The translations under genes were made by a program, and so were the position numbers. DNA of 40,125 nucleotides from an uncultured archaeon (GTDB taxonomy: Archaea > Thermoproteota > Nitrososphaeria > Nitrososphaerales > Gagatemarchaeaceae). Positions 10,462-23,131 of this stretch are shown one piece after another; within the stretch, counting starts at the first letter, position 1, and each line of letters opens with the position of its first letter. Where the stretch lies: assembly GCA_963817525.1 (NCBI GenBank), contig CAWFOU010000012.1, positions 1-40,125 of the forward strand, in the 5' to 3' direction. The notes below the pieces were generated by a model. The model was not told the origin of the DNA. It searched no databases and was given only the letters and a program-made list of their open reading frames with translations.

Positions 10462-10737
10462 AACGCAGACCAAGATTATAGCGGACATTCTGGCTACCGC
10501 CCGAGACATGAACACGGCGGGGACGGCGTGGGCATCACAACGCTGCTCAGGCAGAGGCAACGTATCCTACTCGAGGATGACCAAAGCTCATCACCGACCT
10601 CGTCGGGGCGGGCCTGCTCGTCGAGCTCAACATCGAGAAGAACTCGAAGTACAAGATAAGCGACAAGGGAATAAGCTTCCTCCAGGCCTACGGCCAGTTC
10701 GAGGACTTCGCCCAGTCGTTCGGCCTGCGGCCTGTAA
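10448..10737 (+). CDS. Small winged-helix regulator (HTH_45/COG3432-like; frameshifted)
   Basis: Reconstructed: MAQYRTQTKIIADILATARD...GVGITTLLR.GNVSYSRMTKLITDLVGAGLLVELNIEKNSKYKISDKGISFLQAYGQFEDFAQSFGL. Confidence 0.8.
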
Positions 10738-11731
<994 letters not shown>

Positions 11732-11813
11732 AGGCACAGGAATTGTGTACGTCGGGCTTCTTCAATAGGTTTAAAATCACACTGAAGGCGGCGCTCGATT
11801 CAGGCCAACGTAG

Positions 11814-13003
11814 ATGCTCATCATCGCGCTCCTGAAAGGAGTTCCCGCGAGGACTACAAAGGTCGTCACCGTGGGGGAGTGCTGAAGCGCAGAGGAGATG
11901 GACATCGTCCTAAATCCGCACGATTCCAAGGCGATCGAAGCGGCCGACTACGTCCGCAGGAGGGTCGGCGGAAAGACCGTCGCCCTGAGCATGGGGCCCG
12001 ACATCAAGCTCTCTCCCCTAATGAAGCCCCTCTACCATGCAGAGGTCTTCGGCGTCGACGAGGCGTTCATTCTCAGCGACAGGAAGATGGCGGGCGCCGA
12101 CACGCTCGCCACGTCCTACGCAGTCTCCCTGGGTGTAAAGAAGGTCCTCGAGAGGCACGTCAAACCCGATCGAAGAACTCTCGACAATGATCAGCAGCGG
12201 CGCGGCGCCACTGACGCGGTCGTCGCCAAGGCCAAAGAATTCTATCACGCAGAACCTCCTGCCGAACATGGTATACTCCGAGCTACCGGCCGTGAAGGAC
12301 AGCGCCATATCGCAGCTGGCCGTCGGGAACGATATCCCGGCGGACCAGGCCCTGATCAAGAACTGAGGGAAGTCGAGGGAAGGGTACTCACGCTTCATCA
12401 TCGTCTCGGGGATAAAGACCACCGACGGCGAGACCGGCAGCGTCGGACCCCAGGTCGCCGAGTCTCTCTCCGAGAGCATGGGCGTCGACTTCCCCCACCT
12501 CACCTACGTCGAGGACTTCGAGATAGACCCGAAGACGCTCGTCATACAGGCCGAGAGGAAGATCGGACGGCTGGTCCAGAAGGTCGAGCTCAGCTGCCCT
12601 GCGCTCCTGACGATCTCTCCGGAATATTCTCCACGGCCGCCAGACCCGTCTACCAGGTCTCGACCGCGGGAACAGCTTCAGAGGACAAGACTCTGACCCC
12701 GATGAAGTGGAACGCCGACGAGCTGAGCGCTGACCCGACGCAGGCTCGGCCTCGCGGGCTCCCCACGATCGTCGGGCCAGGCGTCGACATTGGCAAGCCG
12801 CCGGTACAGAAGATAATCGGAAAGAGCATCGTGTTCACCAAGAGGGTGGAGAAATTCTCGAGCGGTGGCGCGGACTACGGTCCCTACGACCCGGGAGACC
12901 TGGCGCAGACTCCTCCCCGAAGCGGTCTACTCTGACTTCAAGGCGAAGGGATTGCTCGGCCCGTTCACTTTCGACATGTTCCAGAAGGAGCTGTTCAGCA
13001 TGA
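11814..13003 (+). CDS. fixA: Electron transfer flavoprotein beta subunit (FixA/EtfB), unusually long (frameshifted)
   Basis: LNPHDSKAIEAA, ALSMGP, SDRKMAGADTLATS, SGIKTTDGETGSVGPQVAE, GLPTIV. TTTAAA at ~11770. Confidence 0.88.
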
Positions 13004-14111
13004 GCGCTCGAGACCCCGGACTACAGGGACGTCTGGGTCTACCTTCAGCGCGACGGCGACTTTTTGTCTGCCGATTCCAAGGAGCTCATAGCGGCCGGGA
13101 GGAAGGTCGCAGACAAGCTCAAACAACAAGTCGTCGGGGTTCTCCTCGGACGCGACCTCAAGCAGCATCGCAACCGAGGCGGTGCAGTACGGCGCGGACA
13201 GGGTCCTCACGGTCGACGACCCCGCTCTCGGCGACTACTTCAGCCTCAGGATCATGGACACCCTCGACTACCTGGTGAAGCAGAGGAAGCCCTATTCTTT
13301 CCTGTTCCTTTCGACCGAGCAGGGGAAGGACCTGGCTCCCACGGCTCGCCTACAGGGCGAAGACCGGGCTCGCGACCGACAACATACAGCTCGAGGTCGA
13401 CGATTACTTCATGGCGAGCACCAAGCTCACCTACAAGAACCTCGTCATACAGATCCGCCCGGACTTCGGGACCAGGGTCGCCAGGATCTATACCCCGCGG
13501 AACCGTCCGCAGATGTCGACGGTCAGGCCCGGTAACTTCGAGCCGCTCCCGATGGACCCGAACCGCAAGGGCGGTCATCGAGAAGCTCGACCTCCCCGAC
13601 AAGGAGCAAGTCTTACACTGCGGTCGTCATGGAGATAAGGGAACTGCCCAAGCCCGCGGTCAACCTGAAGGACGCACAGGTCGTCATCAGCCTGGGGTTG
13701 GGGATCCTGAAGGACAAGACCGGGGAGGTCCGAGACCCTCGCGACGCGCTACGAACTTGCGTTGAAGCTGAAGAAGGTCATCGAGGAGAAGGAGGGGCTC
13801 AGGGTAGAGATAGGCGCGTCCCGGGCGCTCATCTACGCGGAACTCAAGGACCTGCAGGGGCTCATCAGCAAGGACAACCAGGTGGGCCAGACCGGGTACG
13901 ACCGTCAGCCCGCAGCTCTACATCGCGCTCGGGCATAAGCGGCGCGCTGCAGCACAGAGTCGGGATGCAGAAGTCCAAGAAGATAGTTGCGGTGAACCTC
14001 GACCCCAACGCACCCATATTCCAGATCGCCCACTACCCGATCGTCGAGGACGTCTACGATTTCCTTCCCGATATGATTGCCCGAATGGGGGCCGAGCAAG
14101 AATCAGCCTGA
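13000..14111 (+). CDS. fixB: Electron transfer flavoprotein alpha subunit (FixB/EtfA) (frameshifted)
   Basis: [73 protein letters not shown] overlap with fixA. Confidence 0.9.
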
Positions 14112-15839
14112 GTTCGACGCCATAGTCGTGGGCGCGGGCCTGGGAGGCTCCGCGACCGCGCTCACCCTCGCCAGGAAGGGCGCCAACGTCCTGATGCTCG
14201 AGAAGGCGAGGATCCCCGGCGAGAGGAACATGAGCGGCGGAGTCCTCTTCGGAACCTATCCAGGGGCTACGGGTTGCTCGACTTCGTCCCCGACTTCGAG
14301 ACCGATGCGCCGGTCCAGCGGAAGATAGTCGCACACGAGGTCAACGTCCTCTCCGACCCGGACTGGGGCGAGGGCAGCCTATCGCTACTACCGGATCGAC
14401 AAGGGGTCGCTCCCCTCAAGGCTCGGTCTCTTCAACGTCGACCTCGACTCGGGTCACGACTACTCCGTCCTCAGGAGGGACTTCGACCAGTGGTTCGCGA
14501 ACAGGGCCGTCCGGAAGGGGCCATGCTCTCGACCCAGACGAGCGCCGAGAGCCTGATCATCGAGAACGGTGCGGTGGTCGGAGTCAGGACGACCCACGAG
14601 GACCTGAGGGCGAAGCGTCGTCATAGACGCCTCCGGAGTAGTCTCGAACCTGGTCGAGATGGCGGGCCTGCGCGCAAAGCTGGAGCCCACCGAACTCTAC
14701 CACGGGCTCAAGCACGTCTTCAAGCATGGACCCCAGCGTCACATCGAAAAGCGGTTCGGGGTCGCGAAGGGCGAAGGGCAAGGCGCAGGTCTACCTCGGG
14801 CCCTTCATGAAGGGGGTCAACGGCGGCGCATTCCTCTACACCAACCGGGACACCCTCTCCGTCGGGATCGTGGTCTCGATGGACTCGATGGTGGAGGGCT
14901 ACACGAGAGCACTTCGACGGGGTCGGCAAGAGCATCGACATACTCGAGGCGTTCGAGTCCCACCCCATGATAGCCGAGCTCCTCCAGGGTGCCGAGCTCG
15001 TCGAGTACTCTGCCCACAACGTCCCCAAGGGATACAAGTGCATCCTCAAGAAACCGTACGCTGCGGGGTTCATGGCGGTCGGCGACTCGCTCGGCGCGTT
15101 CGTCAAGGTCGGGCCCCTCCTCGACGGGATGAGGAGGGCGATAACCACGGGGATGATGGCTGCGAGAGACGTTCCTGCAGGCGAGCAAGACCGGGAAATT
15201 CGGCGGATGCCGCCCTCTCTTCCTACCAGTCTCGTCTCGCCCCGGTCTATCGCGACATCGGCAGGTCAAGGAACGACAGCAGGGTAAGCGAGAGCAGGTT
15301 CACATACCATTTCCTTCCGAAGATCCTGTTCTCGACTTACGTCCTGTATCAGGAGAAGAAGATCAAGACGTCGACCGGAAGATAGGGCCCGGCAAGGACG
15401 CCATACAGCGCGTGCAGGCTGGCACCAGCCTGCTCAACTACGACGAGGACGAGTCCTATTCGCACATCGCAGTCAACATCGAGAAGGGGTCCCACTCTGC
15501 CGCTCAAGCCCTGGGTCCCCGCCTGCCCGGTGAACTGCTACACGCTCGTGACCAACAAGGGCGTCTTCGTCTCCTACGAGGACCTCCTCGACTACAACGT
15601 GCGGCCCCTCAGGCAGAGATTCATCGAGTCTCACGGTCTGGAGCCGGGCGAGCTACGAGCTCGAGGCGATGGCCTCGGCCGCCAGGGAGACGACGATGGA
15701 CGACATAGCGAAGGGAACCCTGAGGTTCGACCACGTCGCGTGTGTGGCATGCGGCACTTGCGGCGAGATAGGTCCGAAGGAGGTGGTCGCGTTCGGTCCC
15801 GAGCACGAGGGTTACGGCGTGCGCTACCGCTACGGCTGA
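14077..15839 (+). CDS. fixC: FixC flavoprotein (ETF:quinone oxidoreductase-like), probably fused to a C-terminal FixX ferredoxin (frameshifted)
   Basis: [45 protein letters not shown]. Then [25 protein letters not shown] and GYGVRYRYG* (FixX signature). Confidence 0.82.
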
Positions 15840-15843
15840 GCCG

Positions 15844-16633
15844 TCAGAACCCGTGCGTGAGGTAGTCCATCCTTCCGCCGTCCACGAGGACGGTCTGTCC
15901 CGTGGCGAAGCTCGAGTCGTCGCTCGCGAAGAACAGGATCGCCCGGGCTATCTCCTCCGGCTGCCCTATACGGTTCAGCATGCTCTTCGATGAGAGCTCT
16001 GACGCGGAGGCCACGAACTGCTCCTGCGTCCGCCCCCTGTGCGCCATCTCGGTCTCGGTATAGCCGGGCGCGATGCAGTTCACGTTGATGTTCTGTCCCC
16101 GGAAGTCCAGAGCGAAGCGCCTCGTCAGCAACATCACCGCGGCCTTCGTTATGCCATAGGCGGTCGTGCCCTTGACCGCCGTCCCCATCCCGGCGTTCGA
16201 GGCGATGTTCACTATCTTTCCGCCCCTGCCGGCCTCGACCATCCGCTTCCCGACCTGCCTCGTGCAGTATATCGTCCCCTTGACGTTCGATCGCGAACAT
16301 GGCGTCCAGGTCCTCGTCCTTCATCGTCATCACGTCGCCGGGCTTTAGTATCCCTGCGTTGTTGACGAGAATGTCTATCCCGCCGAACCGCTGCACCGCC
16401 CTCTCGACCATCGCGGCGACCTCCTCTTCCTTCGAGACGTCGGCCCTCAGGGCTATGGCCTCTCCGCCCCTGGACTCGATGCCCTTGGCGACTTCGTTCG
16501 CTTCCTTCTCGCCGTTGACGTAGTTCACGCACACCTTCGCTCCCTCCCTCGCGAAGACCTCAGCGGTCGCCTTGCCTATCCCTCTCGAACCCCCCGTTAT
16601 CAGCGCGACCTTCCCCTCGAGTCTTCCGGTCAT
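15844..16633 (-). CDS. SDR family oxidoreductase, FabG-like (one frameshift)
   Basis: TGGSRGIG, DILVNNAG, IVNIAS, YGITK (YxxxK), VNCIAPG, TGQTVLVDGG. Confidence 0.92.
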
Positions 16634-16729
16634 GGGTCGGGCGTCCGGCGCGGGTGTTATTATTCTGTCCCCGGACATGGACGCGCGCTCGGTAAGATTC
16701 AATTACGAATCGGCGGGACCCCCTCGCGG

Positions 16730-17614
16730 ATGTCCGCTCCCGCGAAGTATCTGATCCCCTACATCCTCATCACCGCGTTCACATACGTCTTCGCGAAGAA
16801 CGGCCTCGGTTACACCTCCCCTTTCATCTACGGCGCGATAACGGCCCTCATAACGTGCGTAATCCTCTTCGTCGCCTCGAAGGGACGCGTGATACTCAAC
16901 AGGGACACGGTCCTGATCGGGATATTCTATTGGCTTAGCGGGGTCACGTGGTTGCTGGGACTCGACATCATCTCGTCCGCCCAGTCCGCCATCCTGTCGT
17001 TCACGATGCCGCTCTTCGCAATACCGCTCTCGGTATACATGCTTCGGGAGAGGGCCTCCAAGGTCGAGGCGTACGGCGCTCTCGTCGGCTTCGGCGGGAT
17101 CGTGCTGTACAACCTCCCGCTCCTCGGCGGCACGACCACGATAATCGGCGCCGTACTCACGCTGGTCGACGCGTTCTTCTGGGCGCTGTTCTCCGTCTAC
17201 ATGCGGAAGGTGAGGGTCCAGGACCCCCGGCAGACCCTCGTCACCTCTTCGTTCATCTGCCTGCTGCTATTCAGCGCGTTCGCAGTGACCGACGCGACCT
17301 TCCACCCCACGGTCGACCTAGCGGTCGACCTGACGTTCGGCGGTGCCATCGGCGGGGCGCTCAGCATCTTCCTCTGGATGGTCTTGATCAAGACCGAGAA
17401 GATCTCGAGGCTCACCACGCTCATCTTCATAGCGCCGCTCGTTACGCTAGTGTACGGCGTTGCGACGACGGGGGTCATCCCTGACGACGTGACTCTGGGA
17501 GGCGTCGTCCTCATCTTCATCGGGATCTATGCTTCGAGCTTCCGCGGGCGCGGACAGGAGTCTCCGACCCCGCCGCCCGTGCCTGCTCCGCTCCTGATAG
17601 AACATGATTCATAA
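16730..17614 (+). CDS. EamA/DMT family transporter
   Basis: Intact 294 aa ORF, about 10 TM helices, two-repeat EamA pattern (FTMPLFAIPLS..MLRE). Confidence 0.88.
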   Translation: MSAPAKYLIPYILITAFTYVFAKNGLGYTSPFIYGAITALITCVILFVASKGRVILNRDTVLIGIFYWLSGVTWLLGLDIISSAQSAILSFTMPLFAIPLSVYMLRERASKVEAYGALVGFGGIVLYNLPLLGGTTTIIGAVLTLVDAFFWALFSVYMRKVRVQDPRQTLVTSSFICLLLFSAFAVTDATFHPTVDLAVDLTFGGAIGGALSIFLWMVLIKTEKISRLTTLIFIAPLVTLVYGVATTGVIPDDVTLGGVVLIFIGIYASSFRGRGQESPTPPPVPAPLLIEHDS

Positions 17615-17646
17615 ACGGGCGTGGTGAGCCCGTCGCTGGTGCCAAG

Positions 17647-18957
17647 GTGCAGGATTTCGACGCGGTCGTCGTCGGTGCTGGCATTATTGGGATAGCGTCA
17701 GCTTACCACATCCAGAAGAACAGCCCCGACAAGAAGGTCCTCGTCGTCGAGAGGCTGGGCGACGCGGGGCAGGCGAACACGGGAAGGAGCAACGCGATGT
17801 TCCGGAACACGTTCACCTCGATAGACAACCAAGTGCTCGCGAACTCGGCGATTGACTTCTATCTTCACGTCCAGAACGACCTCGGGATCGACGTCGGGAT
17901 GGATAAGGTCGGGTACCTGTGGCTCATGAGCGAGGCGCAGCTCTCCGCCTCCGAGCGCCACGTCAAGAAGATGACCGCCAACGGCGTCGAGGTGAAGACG
18001 TACAACGAAGGGGAGCTAACGCGCATGGTCCCGGGCCTCCGGACCCGACAGGAGTCCGACGACGCGAGGCTGATGTCGCTCCCCGACATCTCAGCGGGCC
18101 TGTTCGGGACCAAGTGCGGCCGGCTGGCCCCCGAGAAGCTCGTGGGCTTCTACAGGGACCGTTCGTCCGGGCCGGGGGAAGGTGATGTTCAACCAGAACG
18201 TGAAGCAGCTGCTAGCGGAACCGGTGGAGAGCCTCGGGGTCGACGGTGAGCCCTTCGTATGGCAGCGGTCCAGGGTCGCCGGGTTGAGGCTCGACGACGG
18301 AAGGGAGATACGGGCGGGGACGGTCGTCGTGGCGGGCGGCGCCTGGAACAACGAGCTGCTCGACCCGATCGGGATAGACGGGCACGCAAAAGCGAAGAAG
18401 AGACAACTCTTCACCGATACCCGCAGGGGCGCGCCGCGCTCCGGACCTCCTCCTCACCGAAGGATTCAACGAGTCGGGGACGATGCCCTTCGTGATACTT
18501 CCCAAGTCGGGTCTGTTCCTCAAGGCCGTGAAGGAGAGCGGCGAGTTCTGGATAGGCTGCGAGGACGAGATCAACAGGCCCTTCATCAGCTACCCTGACG
18601 CACGACCTCGAGAAGTATCTCGCCGAACCCGCGTATTACGAGCTCAACGTGCATCAGATCCTCAGGGAGTATCTCCCGCAGTTCTCGGGCGTCAGGCCCG
18701 CGAGGATGTGGGCCGGGCTGTACTCCTACAACACGCTCGACAACATGCCGTACGTCTTCGAGCAAGAAGGGCTCATCGTCGTCGGTGGGGACAGCGGCAG
18801 CGGCGTGATGAAGGGGGACTCGCTCGGCAGGGTCGTCGACGCCGTCTACCGAGAGGGGCCGGACGCCGAAGCGGTGCTTACAGGGCGGGGTGCACTACCG
18901 GCTTCAAAGCTCGGCTTCAGGCACAGGGACGTCGAGCGGGAGGAGTGGGTGCTGTGA
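17647..18957 (+). CDS. FAD-dependent oxidoreductase, DadA/sarcosine oxidase beta family (frameshifted)
   Basis: VVGAGIIG, NTGRSNA, GYLWL, VVAGGAW, WAGLY, TLDNMP, GDSGSGVMK. Confidence 0.88.
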
Positions 18958-19048
18958 CGGGCGGGCGCGGTTAGTCCGAATCTGCTGCATCGACTCCGCG
19001 GCCACAACGGAGATAAACCCGCCGGGAGGGTCCGGAATTCGGTTTTTT

Positions 19049-19969
19049 TTGGAGCACGGAGAGCTCCTCTGCCGAGGACCTCACCAAGATATACGACAGA
19101 TTCCACGGGAAGAAGGCGCTGGATCGCATCGACCTGCGCGTCCCCGCGCGCGGGATCTTCTCTCTCATAGGCGTGAACGGGGCCGGGAAGACGACCCTTG
19201 TCCGGATCCTGGCAACCCAGCTCGAGCCCACGTCCGGGTACGGCCCAGATCTTCGGCCTCGACGTCATCAAGGACGCTCGAAGAAGCTGCGCGAGAGGAT
19301 CGCCGCCATCCCACAGGAGGCGAGGGCGGTGCCATGGATGACGCCGATGCAGACGATCTCGTCCTACCTTCTCTGGCGGGGGATCGCCTACGCTGAGGCC
19401 AAGGCGGAGGGCCATCGAGGCGCTCGCGAAGATGGGACTGGAAAAGCAGGCGGACGCCTGAACCGCAAACTCTCGGGCGGCCAGCGCCGCAAGGTGATGG
19501 TCGCGACCGTGCTCGCGGCCGATGCAGAGATCACTTTCCTCGACGAGCCGACGACGGGCCTCGACCCGATATCCAGAAGGGACCTCTGGCAGTCGCTGCA
19601 GGAGATGGCGAAGAACCACTTCCTGATACTAACGACGCACTACCTTGAAGAGGCGGAGCGCTCGCCGACACAATCGGGATACTGGACAAGGGCGGCTGGT
19701 CGGCATGGGCACGTTGGAGTATCTCCGGGGCCTCGTGAAGTACCAATACAGCATAAGGATGCCCGCAGGCGCCACGGTCCTCCCGACGGTGCGAGGACGG
19801 GACGGTGACCACAGGGCAGGGACGGCCAGGTGCAGATACTCGACCGGGGAGGACGAGGCCTACAGACTCTCCGGGGAACTTCTCAAGAGCTGGCGCGAGG
19901 ATCTCGGTCAGCCGCATTCGCTGGACGACGTCTTCTTCCACCTCGTCGGGGAGGAAGGGAGCGAACTGA
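19049..19969 (+). CDS. ABC-2 type transporter ATP-binding subunit (frameshifted)
   Basis: Walker A GVNGAGKTT, signature LSGGQ, Walker B FLDEPTTGLDP, TTHYLEEAE. Confidence 0.9.
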
Positions 19970-20717
19970 TGCTCAGGCCCGCTTGGGTGAGGCAGATTGC
20001 GGCCTCCGTGCTCGTCAACGCAATCTACGCGATGAAGAACTATCCCGTCGTCCTCGTCAACACGGTGCTCGCCCCTGCTCGGCTTCCTGGTCATGGTGAA
20101 CTTCGTCAGCAAGGGAGGGCTGCTCGATCAGGCGATCGAGGGGGCGTTCATCATGAGCATGTTCTCGAGCGGGATGGGCCTCCAGAGCGACCTTTCCCAC
20201 CTCAAGAACGACTTCAAGCTCCAGGACATGGTCGTCAGCTCCCCGGCCTCGCCCGCCGCTTACGTCTTCGGGATGGCCATGTCTGAGATAGTCTACTCCA
20301 TCCCCGGCGCTCATCACGGTCACCATACTACTGTCGGTCTTCGTACACCCGGACGCGTGACAGGCGCTCGACCTGCTTGGGCGTGATACTGATGATGTTC
20401 ACCACATCCGTCACCCTGGGGTTCACGCTGTCGACCTTCTCCAGCGACATCGTGCAGAGCTTCGCCTTCTCCGGTCTGGTCTCGGCGATCTTCACCACGC
20501 TCTCGCCTGTCTACTATCCGATCACCTACATCCCCCTACCTTACAGGTATCTCGCGTACCTCTCTCCAACCACCTACGCAGCCGAGATAGCGCAGTCCTC
20601 GATCGGGACCCTGCAGCTCTCCTCGTCTCCATCGCCGTGGCATGGGGCGTCCTCGCCGCCGTGACCGTGGTCTTCGCGGTCATAGCCGTGACCAAGGCTA
20701 GGTGGCGCGAGGTCTGA
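19969..20717 (+). CDS. ABC-2 type transporter permease (frameshifted)
   Basis: TGATG-coupled to the ATPase; hydrophobic; LSPVYYPITYIP...LSPTTYAA motif; ends ...RWREV*. Confidence 0.82.
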
Positions 20718-21177
20718 AGGCCGAGGTCGAGTTCCAGCTAACTTCTCCGTCGCGCAGAGCCATTCTGAAGGCTACCCTTGAGAGCTCGTCCGCTTCCGTG
20801 TTCTGCTCCCTGGGTATCCACTCGAAGCTGAGCCGGCTGAACTTGCGCGCGACCTCCTTCGCCTCGAGATATTTTTCGGCGTACGAGCCCTCGGTCTTGT
20901 TGTTGTAGGCCTTCTTGCTCACCTTCCACTGGCCGAGCATCTGGTTGACCAGCATCTTCGAATCGGACTTCACGAGTATCTCCTCGTCGGCGAACTCCTC
21001 GACGGACTTCAGCGCCTCTATCAGTCCCGCGTACTCCGCGTGGTTGTTGCTGACGGGGTTCCCATCGAAACCGTGCGACCTCCTCAGCTCCTTCCCGTCC
21101 CGGTAGACTACGAACCCGTACGTGCCTATTCCGGGATTGCTTGGTTCCGCGAGCCCATCAGTGAATATCTCAATCAA
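20698..21177 (-). CDS. rnhA: Ribonuclease HI
   Basis: FTDG, SNNHAEY, KSDSKMLVNQ, WIPREQNTEADELS (D-E-D-D catalytic set). Confidence 0.93.
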   Translation of the reverse strand: MIEIFTDGLAEPSNPGIGTYGFVVYRDGKELRRSHGFDGNPVSNNHAEYAGLIEALKSVEEFADEEILVKSDSKMLVNQMLGQWKVSKKAYNNKTEGSYAEKYLEAKEVARKFSRLSFEWIPREQNTEADELSRVAFRMALRDGEVSWNSTSAFRPRAT

Positions 21178-21320
21178 ACTCGATCACGTGTTATCACACC
21201 AAGACGCGGTTCCTTCGCGTCGACCCGCTTGAAGCCTGAACGCAGACGGCCGACTATTAAGGAATGCGCGACGGACGACCTGAATCTATCCATAAATAAT
21301 CGGGGCTGCCCTCTTCGCCC

Positions 21321-23030
21321 GTGAAAGCCTGGAAGACTGTTGTGGATGCGCTCGTGAAGGAGAAGAGCGAGTTCGCTTTCGGCCTCGTTTCCGGTCCGTG
21401 GGAGTTCTGGGACTACCTCAACGACACGGACATCAGGCCCATCCTTGTCCATCATGAGCTGTCCAGCGTGCAGATGGCCATCGCCCACGCGCGCCTCACG
21501 GGGAAACCCGGCATAGCGATGAACAGCCCGGGGCCCGGAGTCGCGAACATGTTCGCGGGTTTCCTCGAGGCTCACACCGGCTGCATGCCAATGATAGCGC
21601 CCGTCCCCTCCTCCGAGATGCGCACCGAGGGCATGGCGCAGATGCAGGAGACAGACATGGTGAGCAGCTTCAGGCCGGTCTCGAAGTGGGCCTACCGCAT
21701 CACCAAGACCGAGAAGGTGGGCTGGGGCATGAGGAGGGCGTTCAGCCTCGCCACGAGCGGCAAGCCCGGACCGATCTTCCTAGAGATACCGATCGACGTC
21801 GGGAACGCAGAATACAAGGGGCCGCCGTACAAGCGCGTCGTCCCGGGCAAGTCCCGCCCCGACGAGAAGGACGTCAAGGAAGCCGCGAAGCTCATCATTA
21901 AGAGCGAGCGACCGGTGATCGTAGCCGGAGGGGGCGTCATGCTCTCGGGAGCCGGGGGCGCGCTCACGCAGCTGGCCGAGTCGCTCCTCATCCCCGTGCT
22001 GACCACCGCTTCCGGGAGAGGGTGCATCCCGGAGGACCATCCGCTGGCCTTCGGCATGGTAGGGCTGTACCGCACCGAGATCTCGAAGAAGGTCTACCAG
22101 GAGGCTGACCTCCTCATCACGATAGGGTCGAAGAACGAGGAGTTCGCGACGGCGGCGTGGAACTACTATCCGGAGAAGGCCAAGATGATTCAGATAGACG
22201 TCGACGCGTTCGAGATAGGCCGCAACTTCGTCCCCGACCTCTCGCTCGTGGGCGACGCCAGGCTCGCGTTGAAAGACTTGGTCTCTGTCCTGACGACGAT
22301 GATAAGGAAGGACCAGGTCAAGACCCAGCGCATCATCGACCTGAAGAAGGCGAAGCGCGAGTACGAGGAGATCGTCGACGAAGAGTGCAAGACCGACGCG
22401 GTCCCAATCAGGACAAAGAGGGTGGTGCACGAGATGAACGAGGTCTTCGGGAAGAACACGATACTCGCCAACGAGAACGGTTCCCAGGACCTCTGGGCGT
22501 ACTACTTCCCCTACTACAAGGTCCTCGACGCAGGGGGCTTCATGGGGATGGCCGAGCAGACCTGCTTCGGGATGGGAGTGGTCGGCTCGATCGCCGCGAA
22601 GCTGACCAGGCCCGACATGAAGGTCGTCTGCACGACCGGAGACACGGCGTTCCAGTTCTCGATGAAAGAGGTTCCCACGGCCGTGCAGTACAAGGCACCC
22701 GTGACGTGGGTTCTCCTCGACAACGCAGGACTCGGGTGGGAGGTCTATTACCAGAAGTATTGGCTGGACAGTGCCAAGGTTACCGCCACGAAGTTCACCG
22801 CCCAGCCGGACTTCGTCAAGTTCGCGGAGGCCAACCACATACACGGGGAGCGCGTGGAGAAGCCCGGCGACATCAAGGGCGCGCTGAAACGGGCCCTGAG
22901 GGCTAACAACAGCGGAGTCCCGGCGCTGGTCGACTTCGCCGTCGGGACGCTGGAGTTCCCTGAGGGCTTCCACGAGTTCCATCAGATAGCCTGGGGCAAG
23001 CCGGTTCACAAGGTCCGCCACACGAAATAA
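21321..23030 (+). CDS. Thiamine diphosphate-dependent enzyme, acetolactate synthase large-subunit superfamily
   Basis: HHE catalytic Glu, GPG, GKPGPIFLEIP, ThDP motif GDTAF...LLDN, PDFVKFAEA. TATA-like ATAAATAA at ~21292-21299. Confidence 0.9.
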   Translation: MKAWKTVVDALVKEKSEFAFGLVSGPWEFWDYLNDTDIRPILVHHELSSVQMAIAHARLTGKPGIAMNSPGPGVANMFAGFLEAHTGCMPMIAPVPSSEMRTEGMAQMQETDMVSSFRPVSKWAYRITKTEKVGWGMRRAFSLATSGKPGPIFLEIPIDVGNAEYKGPPYKRVVPGKSRPDEKDVKEAAKLIIKSERPVIVAGGGVMLSGAGGALTQLAESLLIPVLTTASGRGCIPEDHPLAFGMVGLYRTEISKKVYQEADLLITIGSKNEEFATAAWNYYPEKAKMIQIDVDAFEIGRNFVPDLSLVGDARLALKDLVSVLTTMIRKDQVKTQRIIDLKKAKREYEEIVDEECKTDAVPIRTKRVVHEMNEVFGKNTILANENGSQDLWAYYFPYYKVLDAGGFMGMAEQTCFGMGVVGSIAAKLTRPDMKVVCTTGDTAFQFSMKEVPTAVQYKAPVTWVLLDNAGLGWEVYYQKYWLDSAKVTATKFTAQPDFVKFAEANHIHGERVEKPGDIKGALKRALRANNSGVPALVDFAVGTLEFPEGFHEFHQIAWGKPVHKVRHTK

Positions 23031-23071
23031 ACGCAAGGCCGTCCATAGCGTCCGCTCTTCGAGTTTGACCG

Positions 23072-23106
23072 AAAAAGGGGGGTGGTTGCCCTTTGGCGGG
23101 ACAACC
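23072..23106 (-). terminator. Putative terminator of the TRAM gene (hairpin + U tract)
   Basis: Minus strand GGTTGTCC-cgccaaa-GGGCAACC stem, followed by CCCCCTTTTT, downstream of the stop. Confidence 0.5.
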
Positions 23107-23131
23107 CGTCACTCAGGACCGTAGACCGTGT

